This document shows positions 37,242 through 45,639 of a stretch of DNA of 64,000 nt, in pieces. The stretch lies in contig JAJDNI010000090.1 in NCBI GenBank assembly GCA_022340755.1, positions 15,897-79,896 of the forward strand. The letters run 5' to 3'. A program made the position numbers and the translations under genes. This DNA is from Gemmatimonadota bacterium (GTDB taxonomy: Bacteria; Gemmatimonadota; Gemmatimonadetes; Longimicrobiales; Gaopeijiaceae). Each line of letters opens with the position of its first letter. Positions within the stretch are counted from its first letter, which is position 1. A model generated the notes under the pieces. That model was given only the letters and a program-made list of their open reading frames with translations. It made no database searches and was not told where the DNA came from.

Positions 37242-40070
37242 TCACGCGTCGCCCGTGCCGAGCACTCCTCGCAGATATCGTCCGGTCACACTCTCGGGTA
37301 CGGTTGCCACCGTTTCAGGCCGTCCCATGGCCACCACTTCGCCGCCGCGGTGCCCCGCACCGGGGCCCAGATCCACGATCCAGTCGGCGACCTTCATCAC
37401 GTCCGAGTTGTGCTCGATGACGAGCACCGTGTTTCCGGCCTCCACGAGGCGCGCGAGCACGTCCATCAGCTTCTTGACGTCCTCGCCGGAGAGACCGGTG
37501 GTGGGCTCGTCGAGGATGTACAGCTTGCGCCCCCTGGTCTTCGCGGCGCCCGCGAGCTCCCGCGCGATCTTCAGACGCTGCGCTTCGCCGCCGGACAGTG
37601 TGGTGGCGGGTTGGCCGAGCCGGAGATAGCCGAGGCCCACCTGCTGGAGCTGCCAGAGCGTCTTCCCGAGCTTCGCCTCACGGATGAAGAAGCGGATCGC
37701 CTCGTCCACCGTGAGCTGCAGCAGCTCGTGGACGTTCTTGCCCCGGTACTTCACGTCCAGGAGCTCCCGCTTGTAGCGGGTGCCTCCGCACATGTCACAG
37801 GGCACGTACACATCGGCCATGAAGACCATCTCGATCTCGACCTGGCCCGCGCCTTTGCACGCCTCGCAGCGCCCCCCCGAGACATTGAACGAAAAATGGC
37901 CCGCGCTGTATCCGCGCTCCTTCGCCACGGGCTGCTCCGCCAGGATGCGCCGCACTTCGTCCCACGCCTTGATGTACGTCACCGGGTTGGAGCGTGGCGT
38001 ACGCCCGATGGGCGACTGATCCACGAGGACGACACCCTCCAGATGGGAGAGCCCCTCCAGCGCATCGTACTCGCCGACAGGCTCGCCCAGGTGCTCCTTG
38101 GCAGTGGTCTCGCCACCCAGCTCCCGCTCCGCCGCGCGGTAGAGGACGTCGTGAACCAGGGTGCTCTTTCCCGACCCGGACACTCCTGTCACCACGGTGA
38201 GCGTGCCCAGGGGGATCTCCATGTCGACCCCGCGGAGGTTGTGCTGCCGGGCACCGCGCAGCACGAGGGTCGGTCCGTCGACCCTCCGCCTGCGGGACGG
38301 CACGGCCACCGACGAGCGACCGGAGAGGTACCTCCCGGTTGCGGTGTCCCGGGCCGCGATGTCTTCGGGAGGGCCCTCGAACACCACCTCCCCCCCGTGC
38401 TCTCCGGAGGCGGGCCCCAGCTCCACGACGTGATCGGCGGCGCGAATCGCGTCGGAGTCGTGCTCCACGACCACTACCGTGTTGCCCGCGGCCCGCAGGC
38501 GCAGCAGCAGGTCGAGGAGCGCGCCGGTGTCCTTCGGATGGAGCCCGATGGTCGGCTCGTCCAGGACGTAGAGCGTGTCCACCAGCTGCGAGCCCAGGGA
38601 GTTGGCGAGGCTGATGCGTTGGGCTTCGCCCCCGGAGAGCGTCCGGGTCTGTCGGGACAGCGTCAGGTATCCCAGACCGACGTCAACCAGGAAGGAGAGT
38701 CGGGCTTCGGCCTCGCGCAGGATGGTCGTGGCGATCTGCCGCTCCATCTCCACGAGCTCCACGCCGCGAATCCACGGCAGCAGCTCCTCGAGGGGCATCT
38801 CGCCGACTTCCGCAATGCTGCGGCCACCCACCTTCACCCAGAGAGCCTCGGCGCGGATGCGGGCGCCGCCGCACTCCCGGCACGTGTGCGGACTCTGGTA
38901 CTGGCGGAGGAAGACACGGATGTACTGCTTGTACCGCTTCCGCTCTCGGGAGACCAGGAAAGGAATGATCCCCCTGAACCCTTTGGCGCCGTGCAGCACC
39001 GCGTCCCGGAAGGCCTCCGGCAGCTCGTCCCATGGCGTGTACAGCGACACCTTCCGTTCCTTGGCGAAGATGCGGAGTCGCTCTCGCTCCCGTCGGTAGC
39101 GCGGCTTCTCCCAGGGATCCACCGCACCTTCGGCCAGGGACCGTTGGGGGTTCGGGACGATGAGGCTCTCGTCGTAGTCGAGCGTAGCCCCGAAGCCCGT
39201 GCACAAGGGGCAGGTTCCGTAGGGGTTGTTGAACGAGAAGAGCTGGGGCGTGGGATCCAGAAAGGTGATGTCGGGATGGTCGGGGCACCGGAACCGCTCG
39301 GTGAACCGCAGGCGCTCCACCCCCGCACCGTTCACCACCAGCACCACCGCCTCCCCCTCGCCTTCCGCGAAACAGGTGCCGAGGGAGTCGGCCAGGCGAT
39401 CGTCGAGGCCGGGCGCCACCTTGAGGCGGTCCACGACCACCAGCACCTCCGCGCGTTCCGCCAGGTCGACTCCGAGCCCTCCGGGGTCGGTGGCGTCCGG
39501 ACTCGCGAGGTCCAGCACCTCGTCGCCCACGAGCACGCGGACGAAGCCCATGGAGCGCAGGTTCTCCACGAGGAGGGCATGCGTCACCTGACCGCTCCTC
39601 GGCAGGGGGAACGCCACCTGGATGCGCGTACCCTCCGGAAGCTGCATCGTGTGGTCCACCGCTCCGCTCACTGTGTCGGGCCGCACGCGCCTGCCGCACT
39701 CCGGGCAATAGGTGCGACCGACCCTCGACCAGAGGAGGCGGAGGTAGTCGTGGACCTCGGTGGCGGTCCCCACCGTCGAGCGGCTCGTCTTGGTGGGGTT
39801 CTTCTGCTCGATGGCCACCGCCGGCGAGATGCCGTCCACGTGGTCGACGGCGGGTTTCTCCATCCGCTCGAGGAACTGCTTGGCGTACGTGGACAGCGAC
39901 TCCACGTAGCGGCGCTGGCCCTCGGCGAAGAGCGTATCCAGGGCCAGCGAGCTCTTCCCCGACCCTGAGGGCCCGGTGATCACCGTGAGCCGGGCCCGGG
40001 GAAGATCCAGGTCGACGTTCTTGAGGTTGTTCTGCCTCGCACCGCGGATGCGGATGGGCTCGTCCGTCAT
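37242..40070 (-). CDS. uvrA: Excinuclease ABC subunit A
   Basis: The product contains RGARQNNLKNVDLDLPR..ITGPSGSGKSSLA, two ABC modules (LSGGEAQR twice) and zinc-finger Cys clusters. I used the ATG at 40070 (alternative 40079). The 1132-aa ORF is a read-through of the upstream genes in another context. Confidence 0.97.
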   Translation of the reverse strand: MTDEPIRIRGARQNNLKNVDLDLPRARLTVITGPSGSGKSSLALDTLFAEGQRRYVESLSTYAKQFLERMEKPAVDHVDGISPAVAIEQKNPTKTSRSTVGTATEVHDYLRLLWSRVGRTYCPECGRRVRPDTVSGAVDHTMQLPEGTRIQVAFPLPRSGQVTHALLVENLRSMGFVRVLVGDEVLDLASPDATDPGGLGVDLAERAEVLVVVDRLKVAPGLDDRLADSLGTCFAEGEGEAVVLVVNGAGVERLRFTERFRCPDHPDITFLDPTPQLFSFNNPYGTCPLCTGFGATLDYDESLIVPNPQRSLAEGAVDPWEKPRYRRERERLRIFAKERKVSLYTPWDELPEAFRDAVLHGAKGFRGIIPFLVSRERKRYKQYIRVFLRQYQSPHTCRECGGARIRAEALWVKVGGRSIAEVGEMPLEELLPWIRGVELVEMERQIATTILREAEARLSFLVDVGLGYLTLSRQTRTLSGGEAQRISLANSLGSQLVDTLYVLDEPTIGLHPKDTGALLDLLLRLRAAGNTVVVVEHDSDAIRAADHVVELGPASGEHGGEVVFEGPPEDIAARDTATGRYLSGRSSVAVPSRRRRVDGPTLVLRGARQHNLRGVDMEIPLGTLTVVTGVSGSGKSTLVHDVLYRAAERELGGETTAKEHLGEPVGEYDALEGLSHLEGVVLVDQSPIGRTPRSNPVTYIKAWDEVRRILAEQPVAKERGYSAGHFSFNVSGGRCEACKGAGQVEIEMVFMADVYVPCDMCGGTRYKRELLDVKYRGKNVHELLQLTVDEAIRFFIREAKLGKTLWQLQQVGLGYLRLGQPATTLSGGEAQRLKIARELAGAAKTRGRKLYILDEPTTGLSGEDVKKLMDVLARLVEAGNTVLVIEHNSDVMKVADWIVDLGPGAGHRGGEVVAMGRPETVATVPESVTGRYLRGVLGTGDA

Positions 40071-40249
40071 GGCGTGCATGATAGCGCGCCGAGACGGGAG
40101 CGGTAGGAGCGGGCTGCTAGCGAACCTCTGCACACATGAGACCGTCCCTGGGCGGAAGGCCCGTGGAGGCTCCGCCGCGGGGGCCCGGGGGCCAAGGCGA
40201 CGCGACCGTCCCTGGCCGCGGCGCCACGCCGCCCATGTCGCCTTCAGGA

Positions 40250-40633
40250 TCAGGCAGTCGCCCCGTCTCCGCCGCGCAGCTGCAGCATTTGCAGCACCAG
40301 CCACGCCAACACGGCGAAGGTCAGGAGAAGCAGGCCGAAGATAGAGGAGTAGAGGGCGACCTTGATGCCGCCGGCCAACAGCCCAGTCTCCACCCCGCCA
40401 AAGCGCTCGATCGACCCCCAGGCCAGGGCCAGACCCACCACGGTACCGATGACTCCCAGGAGCGCATTGAGGAAGCCCCAGATCAGGATGGTATGGACGC
40501 GCATCGTGGAGCGCGCGGTGACGGGCTTGCGCATGTCGAGGGCCGCCTGTGCAATCGCCCCCACCATGAACACCGTGGCGATGTACATGGGGTACCGGAT
40601 CACGCCCATCATGGGAAAGAAGTCGTGGAACAT
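40250..40633 (-). CDS. Small 3-TM membrane protein, MotA/TolQ/ExbB-like (copy A of a tandem pair)
   Basis: The 127-aa product has a C-terminal region (GFLNALLGVIGTVVGL...GGIKVALYSSIFGLL) that resembles the MotA_ExbB channel motif. It is about 78% identical to copy B. Confidence 0.5.
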   Translation of the reverse strand: MFHDFFPMMGVIRYPMYIATVFMVGAIAQAALDMRKPVTARSTMRVHTILIWGFLNALLGVIGTVVGLALAWGSIERFGGVETGLLAGGIKVALYSSIFGLLLLTFAVLAWLVLQMLQLRGGDGATA

Positions 40634-40674
40634 CGGTCACTCCTGATCATGGTTGGAGGTCGGTGAGAGGCGCA

Positions 40675-41058
40675 TCAAATTGCGCCTTGCCCCTTGCCCC
40701 GTCGCTGCAACGCCTGGAGCACCAGCCAGGCCACCACCGCGAAGGTCAGGAGCAGCAGGCCGAAGATCGTGGGGTAGAGGCTGACCTTGAGGCCGCCGGC
40801 CACCAGCGTCATTTCGACCGCACCCGCGCGCTCGATGGACCCCCCGGCGAGGGCCATTCCGAGCACCGTCCCGAGAACTCCCAGGAGCGCATTGAGGAAG
40901 CCCCAGATGAGGATGGTGTGGGTGCGCATGCTGGAGCGCGGGTTGACGGGCTTGCGTACATCGAGCGCCGCCTGCGCGATCGCTCCCACCATGAACACGG
41001 TGGCGATGTACATGGGGTACCGGATGAAGCCCATGTCGGGGAAGAAGTCGTGGAACAT
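40675..41058 (-). CDS. Small 3-TM membrane protein, MotA/TolQ/ExbB-like (copy B of a tandem pair)
   Basis: This 127-aa product is a paralogue of 40250..40633. It starts 3 nt after the upstream stop, with GGAGTGA acting as both RBS and stop. Confidence 0.5.
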   Translation of the reverse strand: MFHDFFPDMGFIRYPMYIATVFMVGAIAQAALDVRKPVNPRSSMRTHTILIWGFLNALLGVLGTVLGMALAGGSIERAGAVEMTLVAGGLKVSLYPTIFGLLLLTFAVVAWLVLQALQRRGKGQGAI

Positions 41059-41061
41059 GGT

Positions 41062-41823
41062 TCACTCCTCCTCGGGGTCGAAGGTCGGTGAGAGGAGGGC
41101 GCGGAGCTCCTCCTCGACGGTGCGCGCGGACAGGTGCCATTGGAGCAGCGCCAGGGCGCCGAAGACGCCCAGGATGGTGAGGCCCAGGGTGAGGGCCGTG
41201 GTCTCGGCGCACCGGGTCATGGTGGCCGCAACCTGGATGGTGGTTGCGCCTCCGCCCGCCTCCCAGGAAGAAAGGGTCAGGGCCGCGTCCACGAAGACGG
41301 ACAGTGCGCCCGCGGACAGGGTGAGTCCCAGGAGGGCCGCCTGGACCATGCCTGCCCGGGCCAGGCTGTCCGCGTCGGCGTCGTCGCGCACGACGATTCG
41401 GAAGGCGTGCCAGGCGAGATTGGCCAACAGGAAGGTCGCGGCGACACCCAGCACCGTGAGCGTGCCGACCGGCAGGCCCGAGCTCCTCGCCAAGGCGAAG
41501 AGAGGCGCCCCCACCGCCAGCGCCGCCATGACGCCGATGCTCACGCGCTCCACAACCTGGACCCGCGCGGCGCGGTAGCCGCTCACTAGACGGGCGTAGC
41601 GGGTGCGGTGCAGCCCGCTCAGGGCGCCCGCGTCGTCGGGTGAGGGCGTCAACAGCCGGAATGCCTTCTGCTGGGCCGCCTCGGGCGTGAGTCCCTCCGC
41701 CACCAGCGTCGTCACCAGGTCCTCGAAGTCGGCCCGAAGCTCCCGGAGGAGGAGGGCCCTTCGACGCGCCGGCAGGTCGAGACGGGCGTTCAGCTCCCTG
41801 AAGACCGACTCAGCCGAGGGCAT
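41062..41823 (-). CDS. Hypothetical multi-pass membrane protein (PadR-associated)
   Basis: It has an N-terminal soluble helical region typical of PadR-adjacent genes, then about 5 TM segments. It overlaps the padR 3' end by 14 nt. Confidence 0.5.
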   Translation of the reverse strand: MPSAESVFRELNARLDLPARRRALLLRELRADFEDLVTTLVAEGLTPEAAQQKAFRLLTPSPDDAGALSGLHRTRYARLVSGYRAARVQVVERVSIGVMAALAVGAPLFALARSSGLPVGTLTVLGVAATFLLANLAWHAFRIVVRDDADADSLARAGMVQAALLGLTLSAGALSVFVDAALTLSSWEAGGGATTIQVAATMTRCAETTALTLGLTILGVFGALALLQWHLSARTVEEELRALLSPTFDPEEE

Positions 41824-42157
41824 GCGCGGGGCCCTCCAGGACCCGGATGAGGTTCAGGAAGAGCGTCTTCACCTCCCGGGCTTCACCTTTGAGGTACGCT
41901 TCCCCCTTGGTGGTGAGCTGGTAGGTCTTGCGCTTCCGCCCCTCCCCTTCCCAGCTCCCGCGAATCAAACGCTCCTGCTCCAGACGGTGCAGGATGGGAT
42001 AGAGGGTTCCGTGCTGGAAGGAGAAGGCGCCGTTGCTGTCCCGCTCCACGGCGAGCGCGATCTCGTACCCGTGAGCCGGGCCGACGCGGAGGCGGGCCAG
42101 AATGAGGAGCTCGTTGACGTGCTTCGAGAGGTTCGGTCGCTGGGTCATGGCCGTCAT
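41810..42157 (-). CDS. PadR family transcriptional regulator
   Basis: It has the winged-helix pattern GPAHGYEI...GTLYPILHRLEQERLI...RKTYQLTTKGE. Confidence 0.9.
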   Translation of the reverse strand: MTAMTQRPNLSKHVNELLILARLRVGPAHGYEIALAVERDSNGAFSFQHGTLYPILHRLEQERLIRGSWEGEGRKRKTYQLTTKGEAYLKGEAREVKTLFLNLIRVLEGPAHALG

Positions 42158-42164
42158 GTAGAAG

Positions 42165-42178
42165 GTCTTTATAAAGAC
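42165..42178. promoter_or_regulatory. Candidate PadR operator: perfect 14-bp palindrome GTCTTTATAAAGAC
   Basis: The palindrome lies 8 nt upstream of the padR ATG, inside the only strongly AT-rich stretch of the padR / aminotransferase divergent region. Its centre, TATAAA, could double as a -10 element. Confidence 0.5.
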
Positions 42179-42333
42179 AATCTATATATTTGCCTGCCCA
42201 GTGTGTCAAGCGTTACCTGCGGACAGAGACCCCGATCCTGGGCGCGCACCGCAAGAGCGATTGTGCGAGAATACGGGACTTGCGTCCTACTCCCGCCCGG
42301 ACCCTACGCCGAACGCAACGTGAGAGACCTCGA

Positions 42334-43413
42334 ATGAGCCCCTTTCCCCGTCCCGACTACCAGCCTCTGAAGCGCTACCACTTCGATCGCACCCCGGTGG
42401 AGCTGGACCTGAGCGACAACACCAATCACTGGGGCGCTCATCCCGCGGCCCTGGACGTCCTGCGGCAAGCGGACAACAACGCGCTTGCTCGATACCCATA
42501 TCTCTATGCGGACAATCTGCGCGAAGCCGCGGCGGCCCACCTGGGCGTGCCGGAGGAATGCATCGCCACGGGGTGCGGCTCCAACGACATCCTGGATTGC
42601 ACCTACCGGGCCTGCGCCGGCGACCCCGACGACCTCGTGGCCGTGGCGGTGCCGACGTTCCCCATGAGCCTGACATGGGCCCGCATGAACGGAATGAGTG
42701 CCCGGGGCGTCCCGTGGGAGGACGCGCTCGCCGATCCCGAGCGGCTTCTGGAGGATCGACCCGCGCTCGTCTACGTCTGCCGCCCCAACAATCCTACAGG
42801 CCACGTCGTGCCGACGGAGTGGGTGGAAGCGCTTCTGAGCGCCGCGGGAGAGGACGGGCCCCTGGTCATCGTCGACGAGGCGTACGTCGACTTCGGGGGC
42901 GACTCCTTCGCCCGTCGTGCTGCGGAACGGCCACGCATGCTCGTGTCCAGGACGCTCTCCAAGGCCTTCGGACTGGCCGGGCTCCGTGTCGCATACGGGG
43001 TGGGGACCCCGGAGACCACCCTCGAGATCGAGAAGGCGCGGGGACCGTACAAGGTCAACAGGGTCGCGGCGGAGGCGGGCGCGGCGGCGCTCGCCGACAC
43101 CGAAGGATGGGTGACACGCACCGTCGCCGATTGCGTGGCCTGTCGCGAGCGCGCGGAAGTGGCACTCACGGAGCGGCACCTGGAGCCGCTGCCGTCCCGG
43201 GCCAACTTCATCATGTTCCGCGCCCCCACCGGTGACGGCCGGGCAGACGCCCTCGGCATCCGAGGCCATGGAGTGGCGGTGCGGCCCTTCGTGGAACAGT
43301 ACCCCGGCGGCACCGACGCCCTCCGCGTGACCGTCGCCCCCTGGCCTCTCATGGAGCGATTCCTCGGCGCCCTCGATGCGTACCTCGGCCAACTGGAGGC
43401 ACAGTCGTCCTGA
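42334..43413 (+). CDS. Histidinol-phosphate-type aminotransferase (class II PLP aminotransferase)
   Basis: The product contains LSDNTNHWG, CRPNNPTG, VIVDEAY, and the SRTLSKAFGLAGLRVAYG lysine motif. I used the ATG at 42334. Confidence 0.8.
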   Translation: MSPFPRPDYQPLKRYHFDRTPVELDLSDNTNHWGAHPAALDVLRQADNNALARYPYLYADNLREAAAAHLGVPEECIATGCGSNDILDCTYRACAGDPDDLVAVAVPTFPMSLTWARMNGMSARGVPWEDALADPERLLEDRPALVYVCRPNNPTGHVVPTEWVEALLSAAGEDGPLVIVDEAYVDFGGDSFARRAAERPRMLVSRTLSKAFGLAGLRVAYGVGTPETTLEIEKARGPYKVNRVAAEAGAAALADTEGWVTRTVADCVACRERAEVALTERHLEPLPSRANFIMFRAPTGDGRADALGIRGHGVAVRPFVEQYPGGTDALRVTVAPWPLMERFLGALDAYLGQLEAQSS

Positions 43414-43537
43414 CGCTGCCTCCGTCGGAGGTGGAGGCCCTCCGGCAACCCCCTGCAGGTGGGATGAAGGCGCGGGTGGTCCATGCGGTGGGCTCAGGGG
43501 TATAAGCAGTCACGGAGAGAACGGTCCCCGGGCCCTC

Positions 43538-43750
43538 ATGGCCAATCACGAGGAGGGCACCATGATCCAGCTCGATCTCACTCCGGACGAGGCGGAGATC
43601 CTGAAGGACGCCCTGGAGAGCTACCTCGCTGACCTCCGCATGGAGATCGCAGGCACCGACTCCATGGACTTCAGGGAGACCCTCAAGGACACGAAGGCGA
43701 CGCTCAGGAAGATCGTCGAAGCTCTGGAGTCGCAGGGCGCGGTCCGGTAG
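43538..43750 (+). CDS. Small hypothetical helical protein (62-70 aa)
   Basis: It has GC3-rich coding-like composition. The internal ATG at 43562 has GAGGAGG 5 nt upstream and may be the true start. I recognised no family. Confidence 0.45.
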   Translation: MANHEEGTMIQLDLTPDEAEILKDALESYLADLRMEIAGTDSMDFRETLKDTKATLRKIVEALESQGAVR

Positions 43751-43772
43751 GGAACGCCCCCCAGGCGGCGCG

Positions 43773-43823
43773 GGTACGGACCGGGCCGCCGCTCCTCCGC
43801 GGCGGCCCACTTCCGTCCGTACC
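43773..43823 (+). promoter_or_regulatory. Two-tier 19-bp hairpin immediately upstream of the ABC exporter start codon
   Basis: The outer stem is GGTACGGAC/GTCCGTACC and the inner stem is GGGCCGCCGC/GCGGCGGCCC; both are perfect. The loop is TCCTCC. The hairpin ends 6 nt before the ATG at 43830. Confidence 0.4.
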
Positions 43824-43829
43824 CCACGC

Positions 43830-45632
43830 ATGGCCGAAACCGGAATCCACCACGAAGAAGAGGCGTTGGGGAAGGCGTATGACGCCCGGCTCATGCGTCG
43901 CCTTCTCGGCTACCTGAGACCGTACCGCCTCCAGGTGGCCATCGCGGTGGTCCTCCTCATGCTCGCCTCCGCCATGGAGGTGGTGGGACCGTGGCTGACA
44001 CAGCAGGTCATCGACGTCGCCATTCCCTCCAAGGACCTGCACCTCATCGGGCTGCTGGCGATGGCGTACATGGGCGCCGTCGTCCTGGGCTTCGCCCTCC
44101 AGTACGGCCAGGGCATCCTCACCACGTGGCTGGGGCAGAGCGTGATGTATGATCTCCGCAAGGAGATCTTCTCGCATTTCCAGCGGCTGGACCTGCGCTT
44201 CTTCGACAAGAACCCGGTGGGGCGTCTCATGACGCGCATCACCAACGACGTCGAGACGCTGAACGAGCTCTTCAGCTCGGGCGTGGTCACCGTGTTCGGG
44301 GACATCTTCACGCTGCTGTTCATCCTGGTCGCCATGCTGCGCATGGATTGGCGCCTGGCCCTGGTGACCTTCAGCGTGCTCCCCCTGGTGTTCACCGCAG
44401 CGTTCGTCTTCAGGGCCAAGATCCGTACGGCCTATCGCGACATCCGCGTACGGCTGGCACGACTGAACGCCTTCCTGCACGAGCGTTTCACCGGCATCCG
44501 CGTCATCCAGCTCTTCAACCGTGAAGGCGCGGACATGCGCCGCCACGCGGAGTTGAACGCGAACTACCTGGAGGCCCACCTCCGCTCCATCACCTACTAT
44601 GCGCTCTTCTTTCCGGTCATCGAGTTCTTCACCGCAATCGCCCTGGCGCTCATCCTCGCGTACGGCGGGGTCCAGATCCTCCACGGGGCCGTGACCGTCG
44701 GTGTCGTCGCCGCCTTCCTCCAGTACGCCCGACGCTTCTTCCGCCCCATCCAGGACCTGTCGGAGAAGTACAACCTCCTTCAGGGCGCCATGGCCTCGTC
44801 CGAGCGCGTGTTCAAGCTCATCGATCACGAGATCGACGTCGCCGACCCGGTCGATCCGGTCTCGTTGCCGGTGCCTCTCGAGGGCCGCATCGACTTCCGT
44901 GACGTGTGGTTCGCATACGGAACGCGGGAGGACGGCGATCCCGACTGGGTGCTCAAGGACGTGAGCTTCTCCGTGGCTCCAGGCGAGAAGGTCGCCATCG
45001 TCGGGCACACCGGCGCCGGTAAGACCACGCTGATCAACTTGCTGATGCGCTTCTACGACGTGGACCGGGGCGAGATCCTGGTGGACGGCGTACCCCTGGA
45101 CCGTCTACGATTGCAGGACCTGCGCGAACGCATTGGGCTGGTGCTGCAGGACGTGTTCCTGTTCAGCCAGGACGTGTCGTACAACATCCGCCTGGGAGCC
45201 ACGGAGATCATCGACGAGCGCGTCCGTGAGGCCGCCCGGCGTGTCGGAGCGGCCCCCTTCATCGAGCGCATGCCCCAGGGATACGACCAGGCCCTGGGAG
45301 AACGGGGGTCCACGATGTCGGTGGGCGAGCGTCAGCTGGTGAGCTTCGCCCGCGCGCTCGCCTTCGATCCGGAGATCCTCATCCTGGACGAGGCCACGAG
45401 CTCGGTGGACTCGGAGATCGAAGCGCGCATCGAGGCGGCCACCGACGAGCTGCTGAAAGGACGCACTTCGCTGGTCATCGCACACCGCCTGTCCACGGTG
45501 CAGCACGCCGACCGTATCCTCGTGCTCCACCATGGGGAGCTTCGGGAAGAAGGGACGCACGAAGAGCTGCTCGAGCAGGGTGGCCTCTACGCGCGGCTGC
45601 ACGAGCTGCAGTTCGCGCCCGCCGTGGTCTGA
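43830..45632 (+). CDS. ABC transporter, fused permease/ATPase (MsbA/multidrug exporter type)
   Basis: It has a 6-TM ABC exporter domain, Walker A (GHTGAGKTT), the signature MSVGERQ and Walker B (ILILDEATS). Confidence 0.9.
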   Translation: MAETGIHHEEEALGKAYDARLMRRLLGYLRPYRLQVAIAVVLLMLASAMEVVGPWLTQQVIDVAIPSKDLHLIGLLAMAYMGAVVLGFALQYGQGILTTWLGQSVMYDLRKEIFSHFQRLDLRFFDKNPVGRLMTRITNDVETLNELFSSGVVTVFGDIFTLLFILVAMLRMDWRLALVTFSVLPLVFTAAFVFRAKIRTAYRDIRVRLARLNAFLHERFTGIRVIQLFNREGADMRRHAELNANYLEAHLRSITYYALFFPVIEFFTAIALALILAYGGVQILHGAVTVGVVAAFLQYARRFFRPIQDLSEKYNLLQGAMASSERVFKLIDHEIDVADPVDPVSLPVPLEGRIDFRDVWFAYGTREDGDPDWVLKDVSFSVAPGEKVAIVGHTGAGKTTLINLLMRFYDVDRGEILVDGVPLDRLRLQDLRERIGLVLQDVFLFSQDVSYNIRLGATEIIDERVREAARRVGAAPFIERMPQGYDQALGERGSTMSVGERQLVSFARALAFDPEILILDEATSSVDSEIEARIEAATDELLKGRTSLVIAHRLSTVQHADRILVLHHGELREEGTHEELLEQGGLYARLHELQFAPAVV

Positions 45633-45639
45633 GGGTCGG

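Larger units (their letters stand above)
40250..41095 (-). repeat. Tandem duplication, unit 425 bp (two copies)
   Basis: The start codons are at 41058 and 40633. Homology extends upstream of each start through the RBS and into about 35 nt that correspond to the 3' end of the 253-aa gene (CTCTCACCGACCT..GGAGTGA), which is retained as a relic in the 41-nt spacer. Confidence 0.8.

Noticed and set aside
37350-39968. 872-aa plus-strand ORF. Similar long ORFs occur at 31747-33945 (+), 4555-6060 (-), 647-2080 (+), 3054-4949 (+), 9898-10905 (-), 12221-13492 (-) and 43704-45008 (-).
   Set aside because: These ORFs lie entirely antisense to, or out of frame with, genes that carry unmistakable family signatures (uvrA, gyrA, REC, the antiporter, MFS, M23, M16-like, the ABC exporter). 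Their products are Arg/Pro/Gly/His-rich with no motifs. Stop-codon depletion in GC-rich DNA explains them.
40071-40249. LexA/SOS box upstream of uvrA
   Set aside because: I found no match to the LexA consensus forms I know (E. coli, Gram-positive/Cheo, alphaproteobacterial, cyanobacterial). Only the 12-mer direct repeat is reported, as an open observation.
40071-40640. N-terminal 190-aa extension that makes a 1132-aa uvrA ORF
   Set aside because: The extension is non-protein-like and covers the separately recognisable mini MotA/ExbB-like gene, which lies in another frame. Canonical UvrA begins at MTDEPIRIRGARQNNL (ATG 40070) and gives a typical ~942 aa.
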